Part shown: in pieces, positions 35,996-43,693 of the stretch | How the letters are laid out: the number at the start of each line of letters is the position of its first letter | Position numbering within the stretch: position 1 is the stretch's first letter | Origin: Alphaproteobacteria bacterium | Lineage (GTDB): Bacteria > Pseudomonadota > Alphaproteobacteria > UBA2136 > UBA6156 | Direction: 5' to 3' | Length of the DNA: 64,000 bases | Assembly: GCA_036261915.1 (NCBI GenBank) | Contig: DATAJX010000005.1 | Span: 8,689-72,688 of the forward strand | Made by a program: the position numbers and the translations under genes | The notes under the pieces: model-generated | Databases searched by the model: none | The model's input: the letters and a program-made list of their open reading frames with translations, nothing else | What the model was told of the DNA's origin: nothing

Positions 35996-36467
35996 ACAGG
36001 TAGCCTTCGATTTGGACCATGCGCTGGTCGGAGGGCGTGCCCTTGGGCGCAAGGCCGCAGGCATAGCAAAAACGGTAGGGCACAAAACCGGGCAGCGTCA
36101 CCAGGCGGCGCATCAGCTCCTGGCTTTTGGCAAAGGTGCTGGGCCCCACGATGCGGAAGGTGTGGCGGTACAGCGTGCGGGTGCCGCCGGTGATGCGCGG
36201 CTGGCCCACAAAGCGCCACTCCATGCCGGGCGCGCCGATGTCGAGCAGGCGTTCGATGGTGAACTTCTGGTCGTCGCCGCTGGCCATGCTTTGCGCGCGC
36301 ACCTTTTTGATGCGCAGGTTCAGGTCCAGCCCTTCCTCGCGTTTGGCCACGGCGTCTTCGAGGCCTGCTTTTTTGGCCTGATACTGGCTGGCCTGGTCGA
36401 ACCACTGCCACGTGCCGATGATCAGCGTCAGCACCATCAAGGCCAAGCCGGCGGCAAAGCGTATCAT
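35967..36467 (-). CDS. PilO/GspM-like bitopic assembly protein
   Basis: N-terminal TM FAAGLALMVLTLIIGTW followed by a coiled-coil-like segment. ATGA overlap with the upstream gene. Assignment is by topology only. Confidence 0.5.
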   Translation of the reverse strand: MIRFAAGLALMVLTLIIGTWQWFDQASQYQAKKAGLEDAVAKREEGLDLNLRIKKVRAQSMASGDDQKFTIERLLDIGAPGMEWRFVGQPRITGGTRTLYRHTFRIVGPSTFAKSQELMRRLVTLPGFVPYRFCYACGLAPKGTPSDQRMVQIEGYLYVYDPSTLY

Positions 36468-37873
36468 TGGGCGCCTCCTTCGCTGCGGTCGGGGCTGGCG
36501 GTGCCGGTTTTGCCCGCGGGTTTATCGGTGGTGGTGGCGGGCAAGCTGGCGGCATCGGGTGCCGGGGTGGTGCGCCCAACGGCGGCCTTGCCCGGTTGCC
36601 TGGCGGCAATCTTCTGGTAATCGCGCCAGGCGGCGTTCAGCGGAATAAGCCCTTCCAGCTTGTACAAGGCGCTGGGCTGCTTGCGCACGGCGGCCACCAG
36701 CGCGCTGTTCAGCACAAAACCTTTTGCGGCAGGTTCTTCCTGCAGCCAACCGTTGTAGGCGTCGCGCTTGGCTTCCAGCGTTACCAGCAACTGCTCGGGC
36801 GGGGTGTCGGCGTCGGTGTTCTTCACCTCAAAACTTTCGGCCTTGAAGTTGCTCAGCTCGATAGCGCGGCTGGTGTCCTTCACCGCCAGGTAAAACAGTT
36901 CGCGCTTTTGCATCATGCGTTCCTGCTCGGTCACCACGCGCTCAAGGTCGGCAAACTTGCCGCCGCGGGGTATCTGCTGTTCCACCACGCGCAGCTGTTC
37001 GTTCATGTCGTCGATGCGGCGGCCGTTCAGGGTCAAAATCCCCCACGCGGTGGCCACCATCATCAGGCCCAGCACCATAATAAGCGTGCCGTACTGTTCC
37101 TGGAAGGTGGGGCGGTTAAGCCAGGTGTTGGGGTCCAGCGGCAGCTCGCGCAGGCCGCGCACGGTAATGCGGTCGTTGGCCTGCAGCAGGTCGGTTTCCC
37201 AGGCGGTATAAACATTGGCGCGGGTGGTGCGCGGGTAGCTTTTCAGCACGCTGTCAAGGTCGCGTACCCAGGTGGCGGCGGCGGTGGGCAGCACGTAGTT
37301 GTCCTTCACGTCCCAATGGAACAGCACGTCGGCGGCGATGAGGATGTTAATGGTGTTGGGCGTGGCGGGCGCCATGCGGCACAGGTCGATCAGCGGCAGC
37401 GCGCCCAGTTGCTGCGCGGCCATGGCCTGCATGTTGGCGTCGGCAACTTCGTCGCCGCTGCCGGCGATCTCGCCGGTCAAGAACAGGTAGGGGTCCACCG
37501 GGCGGCCGTCGGTGCCGCGCGGGGCAAAAAACATCAGGGCCATGCCGCGGCGCAGGCTTTCGTCAACCAGCTCCTGCCAGCTGTCGGCAAACACCGGGGT
37601 CTTTTCGCCGCCCAGCAAAAGTTCGCTGCGGTTAAGGCCCACCACGCACAGGCTGCGGAACACATCGCCCACCTGCCCCAGCCGGCGCACCTGCACCAGG
37701 TGGCCAAAACGGTCCTTGAACATACCGATGAACGGCTGGGCCTTTTTGATGTATGGGCGCACCTCGTCCATCATCGGGCGCAGGCTGTCGCGCACGGTAA
37801 AGTAATGCTCCTTCACCTGCGGCGGTATCTTGTCGGTGACCGGTTTCAGCAACTGGGCGAGTTGTTCGTTCAT
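36464..37873 (-). CDS. GspL-like or fused PilM-PilN-like bitopic assembly protein
   Basis: Met23 of ORF 36464..37939. ~285-aa cytoplasmic part, central TM YGTLIMVLGLMMVATAWGILTL, coiled coil, and P/T/A-rich tail. Assignment is by topology and context. Confidence 0.5.
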   Translation of the reverse strand: MNEQLAQLLKPVTDKIPPQVKEHYFTVRDSLRPMMDEVRPYIKKAQPFIGMFKDRFGHLVQVRRLGQVGDVFRSLCVVGLNRSELLLGGEKTPVFADSWQELVDESLRRGMALMFFAPRGTDGRPVDPYLFLTGEIAGSGDEVADANMQAMAAQQLGALPLIDLCRMAPATPNTINILIAADVLFHWDVKDNYVLPTAAATWVRDLDSVLKSYPRTTRANVYTAWETDLLQANDRITVRGLRELPLDPNTWLNRPTFQEQYGTLIMVLGLMMVATAWGILTLNGRRIDDMNEQLRVVEQQIPRGGKFADLERVVTEQERMMQKRELFYLAVKDTSRAIELSNFKAESFEVKNTDADTPPEQLLVTLEAKRDAYNGWLQEEPAAKGFVLNSALVAAVRKQPSALYKLEGLIPLNAAWRDYQKIAARQPGKAAVGRTTPAPDAASLPATTTDKPAGKTGTASPDRSEGGAQ

Positions 37874-37875
37874 GG

Positions 37876-38982
37876 CTAGGCCTGGCTCATCACGATCGAA
37901 AGCATGTCCAGCATCATCACCGCGCCGCCCAGCACCCACAGTATGCTCGAGAACACCGCAATGAACTTGCTGTGGGTATCCACCAGAATGCGCTCGAGGA
38001 TATTGTGCGCGTGGTTCATCCCCTCGATCAGCACGTCGTTCACGTTGCCGTCGGTGGGCGCGTAGTGTTCGGCCACGCTCACCGGCGTCACGATCAGTTC
38101 GGGGAAGCCCGCGCGCGTCATCGCCTCGGCCAGCGTGCCACCGGTGGTGATGACGTGGTTGAACGCATCGATCTTGCGCTTGAGCACCGTGTTGGTGGTC
38201 AGCGCTTCCATAATGGGAATGAGCTGCTTGGGCTTCACCCCGCTGGCAATAAGGTAGGGGAAGTACAGCAGCATCTGGTTATAGGTGTGGTACGTCAGGT
38301 AGCGGCCGTAAATGGGCATGGCCAGCTTCATCTTATCGAGCGTGCCCCTGCCCTGCGGGCTGCCGTACAACGTAAAAATGACAATGCCGAACACCACCAG
38401 CACCGCCACGAACAGGTACCAGTAATGGGCGCAAAACTGCGTGGTGTACATAATACCGCCGGGCAGCAGGCCAATGGGCTTGCCCTGCGATTCCTGCAAC
38501 TTCACCATCACCGGCAAGGTGTTCAACCCGGTGTTGAAAATACTCACGCAGCTCAGCACCAGCATCAGCAGCGGGGTGAGCATTTCGCTCATGCCCGCGC
38601 GCGAGCTGGCAATGGCCTTGTCTTCGAGCACGCGCAGCACTTCAAAACTTTTTTGCATGTTGTTGCTGGCCTCGCCGGCCAGAATGGCGGCGCGGTGCAC
38701 GTCCGAAAACATCTGGCGCTCACCCAGCATGCTCTGGCTGAGCGACTTACCCTGCGAAACCTTCTGCGCAATGCCCATCAACGCGCTGGCAATGCCTTCC
38801 TGCTTTTCCGAGCGGAAGGCCTTGGCCACGCTGCGCAGGCTGTCGGCGGTGGTCTGGCCGGTCTTCATCATCATGGCCATGAAAAAGAACAGGCGCTCGC
38901 GGTCGCGCGGGCTGATGGTGGCACGACCACCGCTGCCGCCGAAGCTGGCCATCATGTTACCGGTGGCGGCAGGGGCGGCCAT
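37876..38982 (-). CDS. type II secretion / type IV pilus platform protein (GspF/PilC family)
   Basis: Three-TM architecture with a duplicated T2SSF-like segment (SLSQSMLGERQMFSDVHRAAILAGEASNNMQKSFEVL). A 1-nt overlap with the ATPase stop. Confidence 0.8.
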   Translation of the reverse strand: MAAPAATGNMMASFGGSGGRATISPRDRERLFFFMAMMMKTGQTTADSLRSVAKAFRSEKQEGIASALMGIAQKVSQGKSLSQSMLGERQMFSDVHRAAILAGEASNNMQKSFEVLRVLEDKAIASSRAGMSEMLTPLLMLVLSCVSIFNTGLNTLPVMVKLQESQGKPIGLLPGGIMYTTQFCAHYWYLFVAVLVVFGIVIFTLYGSPQGRGTLDKMKLAMPIYGRYLTYHTYNQMLLYFPYLIASGVKPKQLIPIMEALTTNTVLKRKIDAFNHVITTGGTLAEAMTRAGFPELIVTPVSVAEHYAPTDGNVNDVLIEGMNHAHNILERILVDTHSKFIAVFSSILWVLGGAVMMLDMLSIVMSQA

Positions 38983-40682
38983 CAGCGCAGCACTTCCAGT
39001 TCGGCGCTGAACAGGTTTTCAAGTTCGTCGATGGAGGTGATGCCGTTCTTCACGTGCCGCAGCCCGTTGGTGAGCATGTCTTTTTGCCCGGCGGCGCGGG
39101 CCTGTTCGCGCATCACATCCAGCCAATCGGGGCGCAGGCGGCTGCCCGCCCACACGTTGCGGGAAATCTCGCGGCGCCACATTTCCAGAATTTCCTCCAT
39201 GGCAATACGCCCGGTGTAGCCGCGGTAGTGGCACAGCTCGCAGCCGTTGCGGTTGGGGCGGTAAATGGTGTCGCCCTGCTTCCAGCCCAGCGGGCGGATC
39301 TTTTCCAGCTGGCCGATGGTTTCGGCATCAAGCTCGTGCGGCACCTTGCACTTGGGGCACAGGCGGCGCACCAGGCGCTGCGAAATGACGCCGCGCAGGT
39401 TGGAAAAGATCAGTTCGGGCGGCACACCGCGCTGCAGCAGGCGGTCCAGCGTCATAAAGCTATCATTCGCGTGCATGGTGGTAATAACAAGGTGGCCCAG
39501 GTTACCGGCGTCGATGACGCGGCGAGTGTCTTCGGGGCTACGCACTTCGCCGATGAACAGCACGTCCGGGTCCAAACCCAGCGCGGCGTACATGAAGCTT
39601 TCCAGGTTCACACCGGCGCTCAGGTCCTCCTCGGTCTGAATGACGTTGCCCATGCGCTCTTCGATCTGCTTTTCATACGCGATCACGTTCTGGCCGGGGC
39701 GCTGGCCGCGGCGGATCATCAACCGGCAGGCGGTACTTTTACCGCTACCGGTGGGCCCGGCAAAAATGATGACGCCTTCTTCAAAGCGCATCAGCTGGTC
39801 GATCTTATCAATGCTCTCGTCGGTGTAACCGAAGGTATCCATGCTGCCTTCAAACGGACGCAAAAAGCGCATGGCGATCTTGGCGGTGTTCTCCAGCGTG
39901 ATGGGCTGCGTGGTGTAACGGATATCGACGCTCTGGCGGTTGGTCAGCTCGAACGTCATCCGGCCGTACAGCGGCTTTTTAAAGTTTTCGGCGCTCACGC
40001 CGGCCATGTGGCGCAGGCGGCCGATCACGCGGTCGTACACTTCGCTGGGCAGCGCCACCAGTTCTTCCAGCTCGTTGTCGATACGCGCCATCACCGTGGG
40101 CTTGCGGTTCAGAATTTCGACGTGCAAGTCGCTCGCGCCGTTCTTGTACGCAGTACGGATGATCTCATCGACCAGGTTGATGATGGCGTCGTCGTTCCCG
40201 GCATTGATCTGCGCATAGGCGTTTTCGACCAGAAACTTCAGGCTGTGACCTTCGCGCTTGTTCATCCGCTCCAGCGCGGTTTCGATGCTTTTGGGGCTGG
40301 CCCACACAAAGTGATGGCTGTTCTTGCGGTTGCGCAGCAAAATTTCGGAGTGCAGGCGCTTGTTGGGCAGGTCGGCACTGGCCCACAACACCTGGCCACG
40401 GCCCAGCTCGATGGGGCACGCGGTGTGGAAATGCATGAATTCGCGGTCGATACCCTCCACCTGGTGGGGGGTCACCTTGGCCATCTCTTCGTCGTTCTTC
40501 ACCGGGTATTCGTAGGCAATGGCCTTGTAGCGGCCCTGCTGGGTGGCCGAAAGCTTGCCCGCCTTGCCCAGCGCCTCGATGAGCGCATCGGCATCCTTTT
40601 GCACCACTACAGGCAGGTTATGCAGGTCGGAGATGCCGATCACGTGATCGGCAATCATCAAATCGACAATATCCATAGCCAT
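38982..40682 (-). CDS. GspE/PilB-family type IV filament assembly ATPase
   Basis: Walker A FAGPTGSGKSTAC, Walker B DPDVLFIGEVR, His box LVITTMHAN, and tetracysteine CPKC...CELC. Confidence 0.9.
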   Translation of the reverse strand: MAMDIVDLMIADHVIGISDLHNLPVVVQKDADALIEALGKAGKLSATQQGRYKAIAYEYPVKNDEEMAKVTPHQVEGIDREFMHFHTACPIELGRGQVLWASADLPNKRLHSEILLRNRKNSHHFVWASPKSIETALERMNKREGHSLKFLVENAYAQINAGNDDAIINLVDEIIRTAYKNGASDLHVEILNRKPTVMARIDNELEELVALPSEVYDRVIGRLRHMAGVSAENFKKPLYGRMTFELTNRQSVDIRYTTQPITLENTAKIAMRFLRPFEGSMDTFGYTDESIDKIDQLMRFEEGVIIFAGPTGSGKSTACRLMIRRGQRPGQNVIAYEKQIEERMGNVIQTEEDLSAGVNLESFMYAALGLDPDVLFIGEVRSPEDTRRVIDAGNLGHLVITTMHANDSFMTLDRLLQRGVPPELIFSNLRGVISQRLVRRLCPKCKVPHELDAETIGQLEKIRPLGWKQGDTIYRPNRNGCELCHYRGYTGRIAMEEILEMWRREISRNVWAGSRLRPDWLDVMREQARAAGQKDMLTNGLRHVKNGITSIDELENLFSAELEVLR

Positions 40683-40794
40683 AAGTGCGTAATTTCTCCT
40701 GCGGCAGCTTACCTAAAAGCGCGCGGATTATCAGGGGTTATACTGAATACACAGCAATTACGGCACAGCATGTGTGGCCGAAAAGACAGGGGCT

Positions 40795-40823
40795 GAAAAA
40801 ACCGCCCCGGAAGGGGCGGTTTA
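40795..40823 (-). terminator. rho-independent terminator after tRNA-Asp
   Basis: Minus strand reads aaaccgcccc-ttcc-ggggcggtttttt. Confidence 0.7.
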
Positions 40824-40828
40824 ATTTC

Positions 40829-40905
40829 TGGCGGAAGCGACGGGACTCGAACCCGCGACCCTCGGCGTGACAAGCCGATACTCTAACCAACTGAGCTACG
40901 CCTCC
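40829..40905 (-). tRNA. tRNA-Asp (GTC)
   Basis: Reverse complement ggaggcgtagctcagttggttagagtatcggcttGTCacgccgagggtcgcgggttcgagtcccgtcgcttccgcca folds as a cloverleaf with encoded CCA. Confidence 0.9.
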
Positions 40906-40988
40906 GCGCGGGGTGGGTTATATGGGCTTGAAGGGGGCGGGTCAAGGGGCTTGGCAGGGTGTCGTTTGCCCTATATACGGGTTGCCGT

Positions 40989-41063
40989 GGGCGATTAGCT
41001 CAGCGGTAGAGCGTCTCCTTTACACGGAGAGGGTCGGGAGTTCAATCCTCTCATCGCCCACCA
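40989..41063 (+). tRNA. tRNA-Val (TAC)
   Basis: gggcgattagctcagcggtagagcgtctcctttTACacggagagggtcgggagttcaatcctctcatcgcccacca. All four stems pair, and CCA is encoded. Confidence 0.9.
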
Positions 41064-41107
41064 TAGATTTTCCCACACCCAGCAAAATTAAAGGCCCTGC
41101 GGGCCTT

Positions 41108-41178
41108 CTTTACACGGAGCGCTTATGCAGCGCGCCTTTGGCGCGACGTCGGGAGTTCAATCCCCTCATCGCCCACCA
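41108..41178 (+). pseudogene. partial duplicate of the tRNA-Val 3' half, interrupted by a 28-nt family-A hairpin unit
   Basis: ctttacacggag + [cgCTTATGCAGcgcgcctttggcgcgac] + gtcgggagttcaatcccctcatcgcccacca. The 5' half is missing and the T stem has one mismatch. Confidence 0.8.
41120..41147 (+). repeat. Family-A repeat, short copy (hairpin end only)
   Basis: cgCTTATGCAGcgcgcctttggcgcgac, near-identical to the 3' end of copy 2 at 10559-10586. Confidence 0.7.
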
Positions 41179-41180
41179 TA

Positions 41181-41265
41181 AATCGCACCGCAGGTGCGTT
41201 TCATAAGCGCAGGGCCGGGCAAACCCAAAGGCCGCAGGCCGGGGCACCGCAACAGGCTTCTTTTT
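41181..41265 (-). repeat. Family-A dispersed repeat, copy 5
   Basis: Minus strand reads gaagcctgttgcggtgccccggcctgcggcctttgggtttgcccggccctgcgCTTATGAAAcgcacctgcggtgcgat. Confidence 0.65.
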
Positions 41266-41339
41266 TTCCTCCCTTGCCTTCCCCCGCCGCTTCGACTAAA
41301 TATCTGATATCGTTGACGCACCAGAGCGAGGTTTCCCCC

Positions 41340-41777
41340 ATGACCATCACCCGTATCCACGTTTCGCGCGTGCTTGTGCAGTCGCCCGGCCCCGGTTTTT
41401 TAAACCCCAGCCAGCTGGCCGGGCTCAAACGTGCCCTCCGGCAGCTTTTCCCGTCGCTGGAGCGGCAGGTCGATAAAGCCATCGACACCATCAGCCCCAC
41501 CACTGCCGACCTTAAAAACGCGCTGGTGGCCCTGGTGGTGCCCAGCGGCAATGCCCTGAAGGGCGGCCGCTTCAACACCGGCCCCATCGAAGCCGCGGGC
41601 GGCCTGCCGGTGGCGGTGCTGTTCACCTGCGAGCGGCCCGAAAAACGCGCCCTTTCGCTGATGTACGGCAACTGCCGCTATTACTACGAAGAACACTGCT
41701 ACGACGGCCGCTGGCACCCCAACAGCAACCAGCCCCCGGCCCACAACAGGTGCTGGCCCGAGGTTTATGCCGCCTGA
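41340..41777 (+). CDS. hypothetical protein (Cys/aromatic-rich C-terminus)
   Basis: Met23 of ORF 41274..41777 after GAGG. C-terminus reads NCRYYYEEHCYDGRWHPN...NRCWPEVY. Confidence 0.55.
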   Translation: MTITRIHVSRVLVQSPGPGFLNPSQLAGLKRALRQLFPSLERQVDKAIDTISPTTADLKNALVALVVPSGNALKGGRFNTGPIEAAGGLPVAVLFTCERPEKRALSLMYGNCRYYYEEHCYDGRWHPNSNQPPAHNRCWPEVYAA

Positions 41778-41784
41778 ACATACG

Positions 41785-41812
41785 AAAAAGCCCGCAGCGA
41801 TGCGGGCTTTTT
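41785..41812. terminator. bidirectional rho-independent terminator
   Basis: aaaaagcccgca-gcga-tgcgggcttttt. Confidence 0.8.
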
Positions 41813-42179
41813 ATTTTGGTTCGGGGTTCAGTTCACGCTCGGTGGCCTTGATGTCGGCGGGCTTGAGGCCGGCTTTTTCAAGGTGATAACGCACCTGCCT
41901 GGCATGACGCACCAGCTTGTACAGGGCGCTGCCGTCGGGCAGCTTGCGCAATGCCTCCAGCCAACTCAACGCGGCATTGTAGTGGCCAAGCTGGTCCAGC
42001 TTGCGCACTTCAAAGTCGCTGGTGCCCAGCCTTTCCAGCGTAATGCCGTGCGGCTTGCACATGCGCTCCAGCTGGTCGGCCAGGTCGGTCACGCCCTGGT
42101 CGTTGTGGCGGGCCACCTTCAGGCGGTCCAGCGCACCCTGCAGGGCGCGCTGGGCCTCGCGGCTCAGTTCCTTACTCAT
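41811..42179 (-). CDS. hypothetical helical protein, tandem paralogue A
   Basis: Met52 of ORF 41811..42332 after GAGG. Shares ..QL..MC....TL..L.T...EVRKLD and YHL..AGL.P..I.AT.REL with paralogue B. Confidence 0.6.
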   Translation of the reverse strand: MSKELSREAQRALQGALDRLKVARHNDQGVTDLADQLERMCKPHGITLERLGTSDFEVRKLDQLGHYNAALSWLEALRKLPDGSALYKLVRHARQVRYHLEKAGLKPADIKATERELNPEPK

Positions 42180-42254
42180 GTAAAACCTCATGGGGTCAGA
42201 TGCTTCGGCAATGTACTTAAAGTATACATAACCCGTAAAACGCCTATGGCCAAC

Positions 42255-42281
42255 AAAAAACCCCGCCGAAGCGGGGTTTTT
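42255..42281. terminator. bidirectional rho-independent terminator
   Basis: aaaaaaccccgc-cgaa-gcggggttttt. Confidence 0.8.
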
Positions 42282-42282
42282 C

Positions 42283-42648
42283 TTAGTCGTCGGGCGGCAA
42301 TTGCAGTTCGCGCCGGGTGGCGCCAATGGCATTGGGCTCCAGCCCGGCCCGTTGCAGGTGGTACAGCGTCATGCGCACGCACAAATCGCGTGAAGTGGCC
42401 GGGGCCGGGCGGCGCAAGCCTTCCAGCCCAAAGGCGGCGGCATGGCGGTTGCCTTCCCTATCCAGCTTGCGCACCTCATCTTCGCCGGTGCGCAGCTGTT
42501 GCAGCGTAAAATTGTAAGTGCTGCACATGCCCTTCAGCTGTTCGGCCAAACCGGGCACGCCGTAATGCTCACGGGCGGCGGCCAGCCAGCCCAGGGCATC
42601 GGCAAAGGCCTGGCGGCGTTTCTTTTCGTATTCCTCGAGAGTGTTCAT
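42283..42648 (-). CDS. hypothetical helical protein, tandem paralogue B
   Basis: Met35 of ORF 42283..42750. Alignable with 41811..42179. Confidence 0.6.
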   Translation of the reverse strand: MNTLEEYEKKRRQAFADALGWLAAAREHYGVPGLAEQLKGMCSTYNFTLQQLRTGEDEVRKLDREGNRHAAAFGLEGLRRPAPATSRDLCVRMTLYHLQRAGLEPNAIGATRRELQLPPDD

Positions 42649-42711
42649 GAGAAAACCTTGGGTAAGATGGGCCAGATATACGTGCATACCCCGCCCCTGC
42701 CCCGCCGGGCA

Positions 42712-42735
42712 ACAAAAAAGCCCGCCAATGGCGGG
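42712..42735 (-). terminator. rho-independent terminator after hupB
   Basis: Minus strand reads gcccgcc-attg-gcgggc followed by tttttt. Confidence 0.7.
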
Positions 42736-42754
42736 CCCTTGTAACCGCAAAAGA

Positions 42755-43027
42755 CTAGTTAACGGCGTCTTTCAGGCTCTTACCAGCTTGGAACTTCGGC
42801 GAGTTCTTGGCCGAGATCTTGATGGTTTGGCCGGTGCGCGGGTTGCGGCCGGTGGTGGCCTTGCGCTTGGCGATCTTGAAGGTGCCGAAGCCGGTCAGGC
42901 GAACTTCGCCGCCCTTCTTCAGTTCTTTGGTGATGGCTTCGATCAGGCCATCGACCAGGGCGCCGGCTTGCGATTTGCTTACCTTGGCGCCAGTCGCCAG
43001 CTTGGCGATCAGATCTTGTTTGTTCAT
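42755..43027 (-). CDS. hupB: HU-family DNA-binding protein
   Basis: MNKQDLIAKLA...GFGTFKIAKRKATTGRNPRTGQTIKI. GAGGA RBS. Confidence 0.93.
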   Translation of the reverse strand: MNKQDLIAKLATGAKVSKSQAGALVDGLIEAITKELKKGGEVRLTGFGTFKIAKRKATTGRNPRTGQTIKISAKNSPKFQAGKSLKDAVN

Positions 43028-43289
43028 AGGAGTCGATCCTCGTTTTTGGGTTATCCCTCACGGCGTAAGTGGGTTTACTTAAGCCGCCTCCCCGCGGTTT
43101 CCTTACGGAGCTGCGGGACGGCTGCGATTTCACCGGCTGTGGGCCTATGTTGTCAAGCATTGACGCCATCGATTTTGTTGTTCTCTGCGGCTTTAAGCCG
43201 GTTTTGCATAATTATTCATCACAAAAGCCTGTAAAAAACACTAAGGCTGGCAAGGGTTTTAGAGAACCGGCGGGTATTTTAATTCGACA

Positions 43290-43691
43290 TCAGACGAACA
43301 GCGGCAGGCAAAAAATGCCGATATTGAACAGCAGCCCCATGCCCCACACCGCGCTGCGCAGGCCGGGGCGGTTGCCCAGGTACGCCCATATATAGGCAAT
43401 GCGGGCAGCAATGTAGCCCCACGCCAGCAGGGTAATGTACGGCGCGCTGGCGCCGTGCATCTCGGCCAGTATGATGGCACCGATGAAAAACGGCAGGCCT
43501 TCAAGGCTGTTGATATGGGCGCCCTGCGCACGGGCCGGCAAGCCGCTTTTGTAAAATGCTGGGTCGCGCGGGTTGGCGTTATCGAAACCCTTTTGCCGCT
43601 TGGCCACGCCCAAAACGCCGTACGCCAGCAGAACGGCGGCAAGGATGCTCCATTCTGCTGGCGCCAAACCACCCATCAGGGGGCCGTGCAT
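43290..43691 (-). CDS. MAPEG-family membrane protein
   Basis: 133 aa with four hydrophobic helices: NPRDP...RAQGAHINSLEGLPFF...RIAYIWAY. The family call is from pattern memory. Confidence 0.6.
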   Translation of the reverse strand: MHGPLMGGLAPAEWSILAAVLLAYGVLGVAKRQKGFDNANPRDPAFYKSGLPARAQGAHINSLEGLPFFIGAIILAEMHGASAPYITLLAWGYIAARIAYIWAYLGNRPGLRSAVWGMGLLFNIGIFCLPLFV

Positions 43692-43693
43692 GC

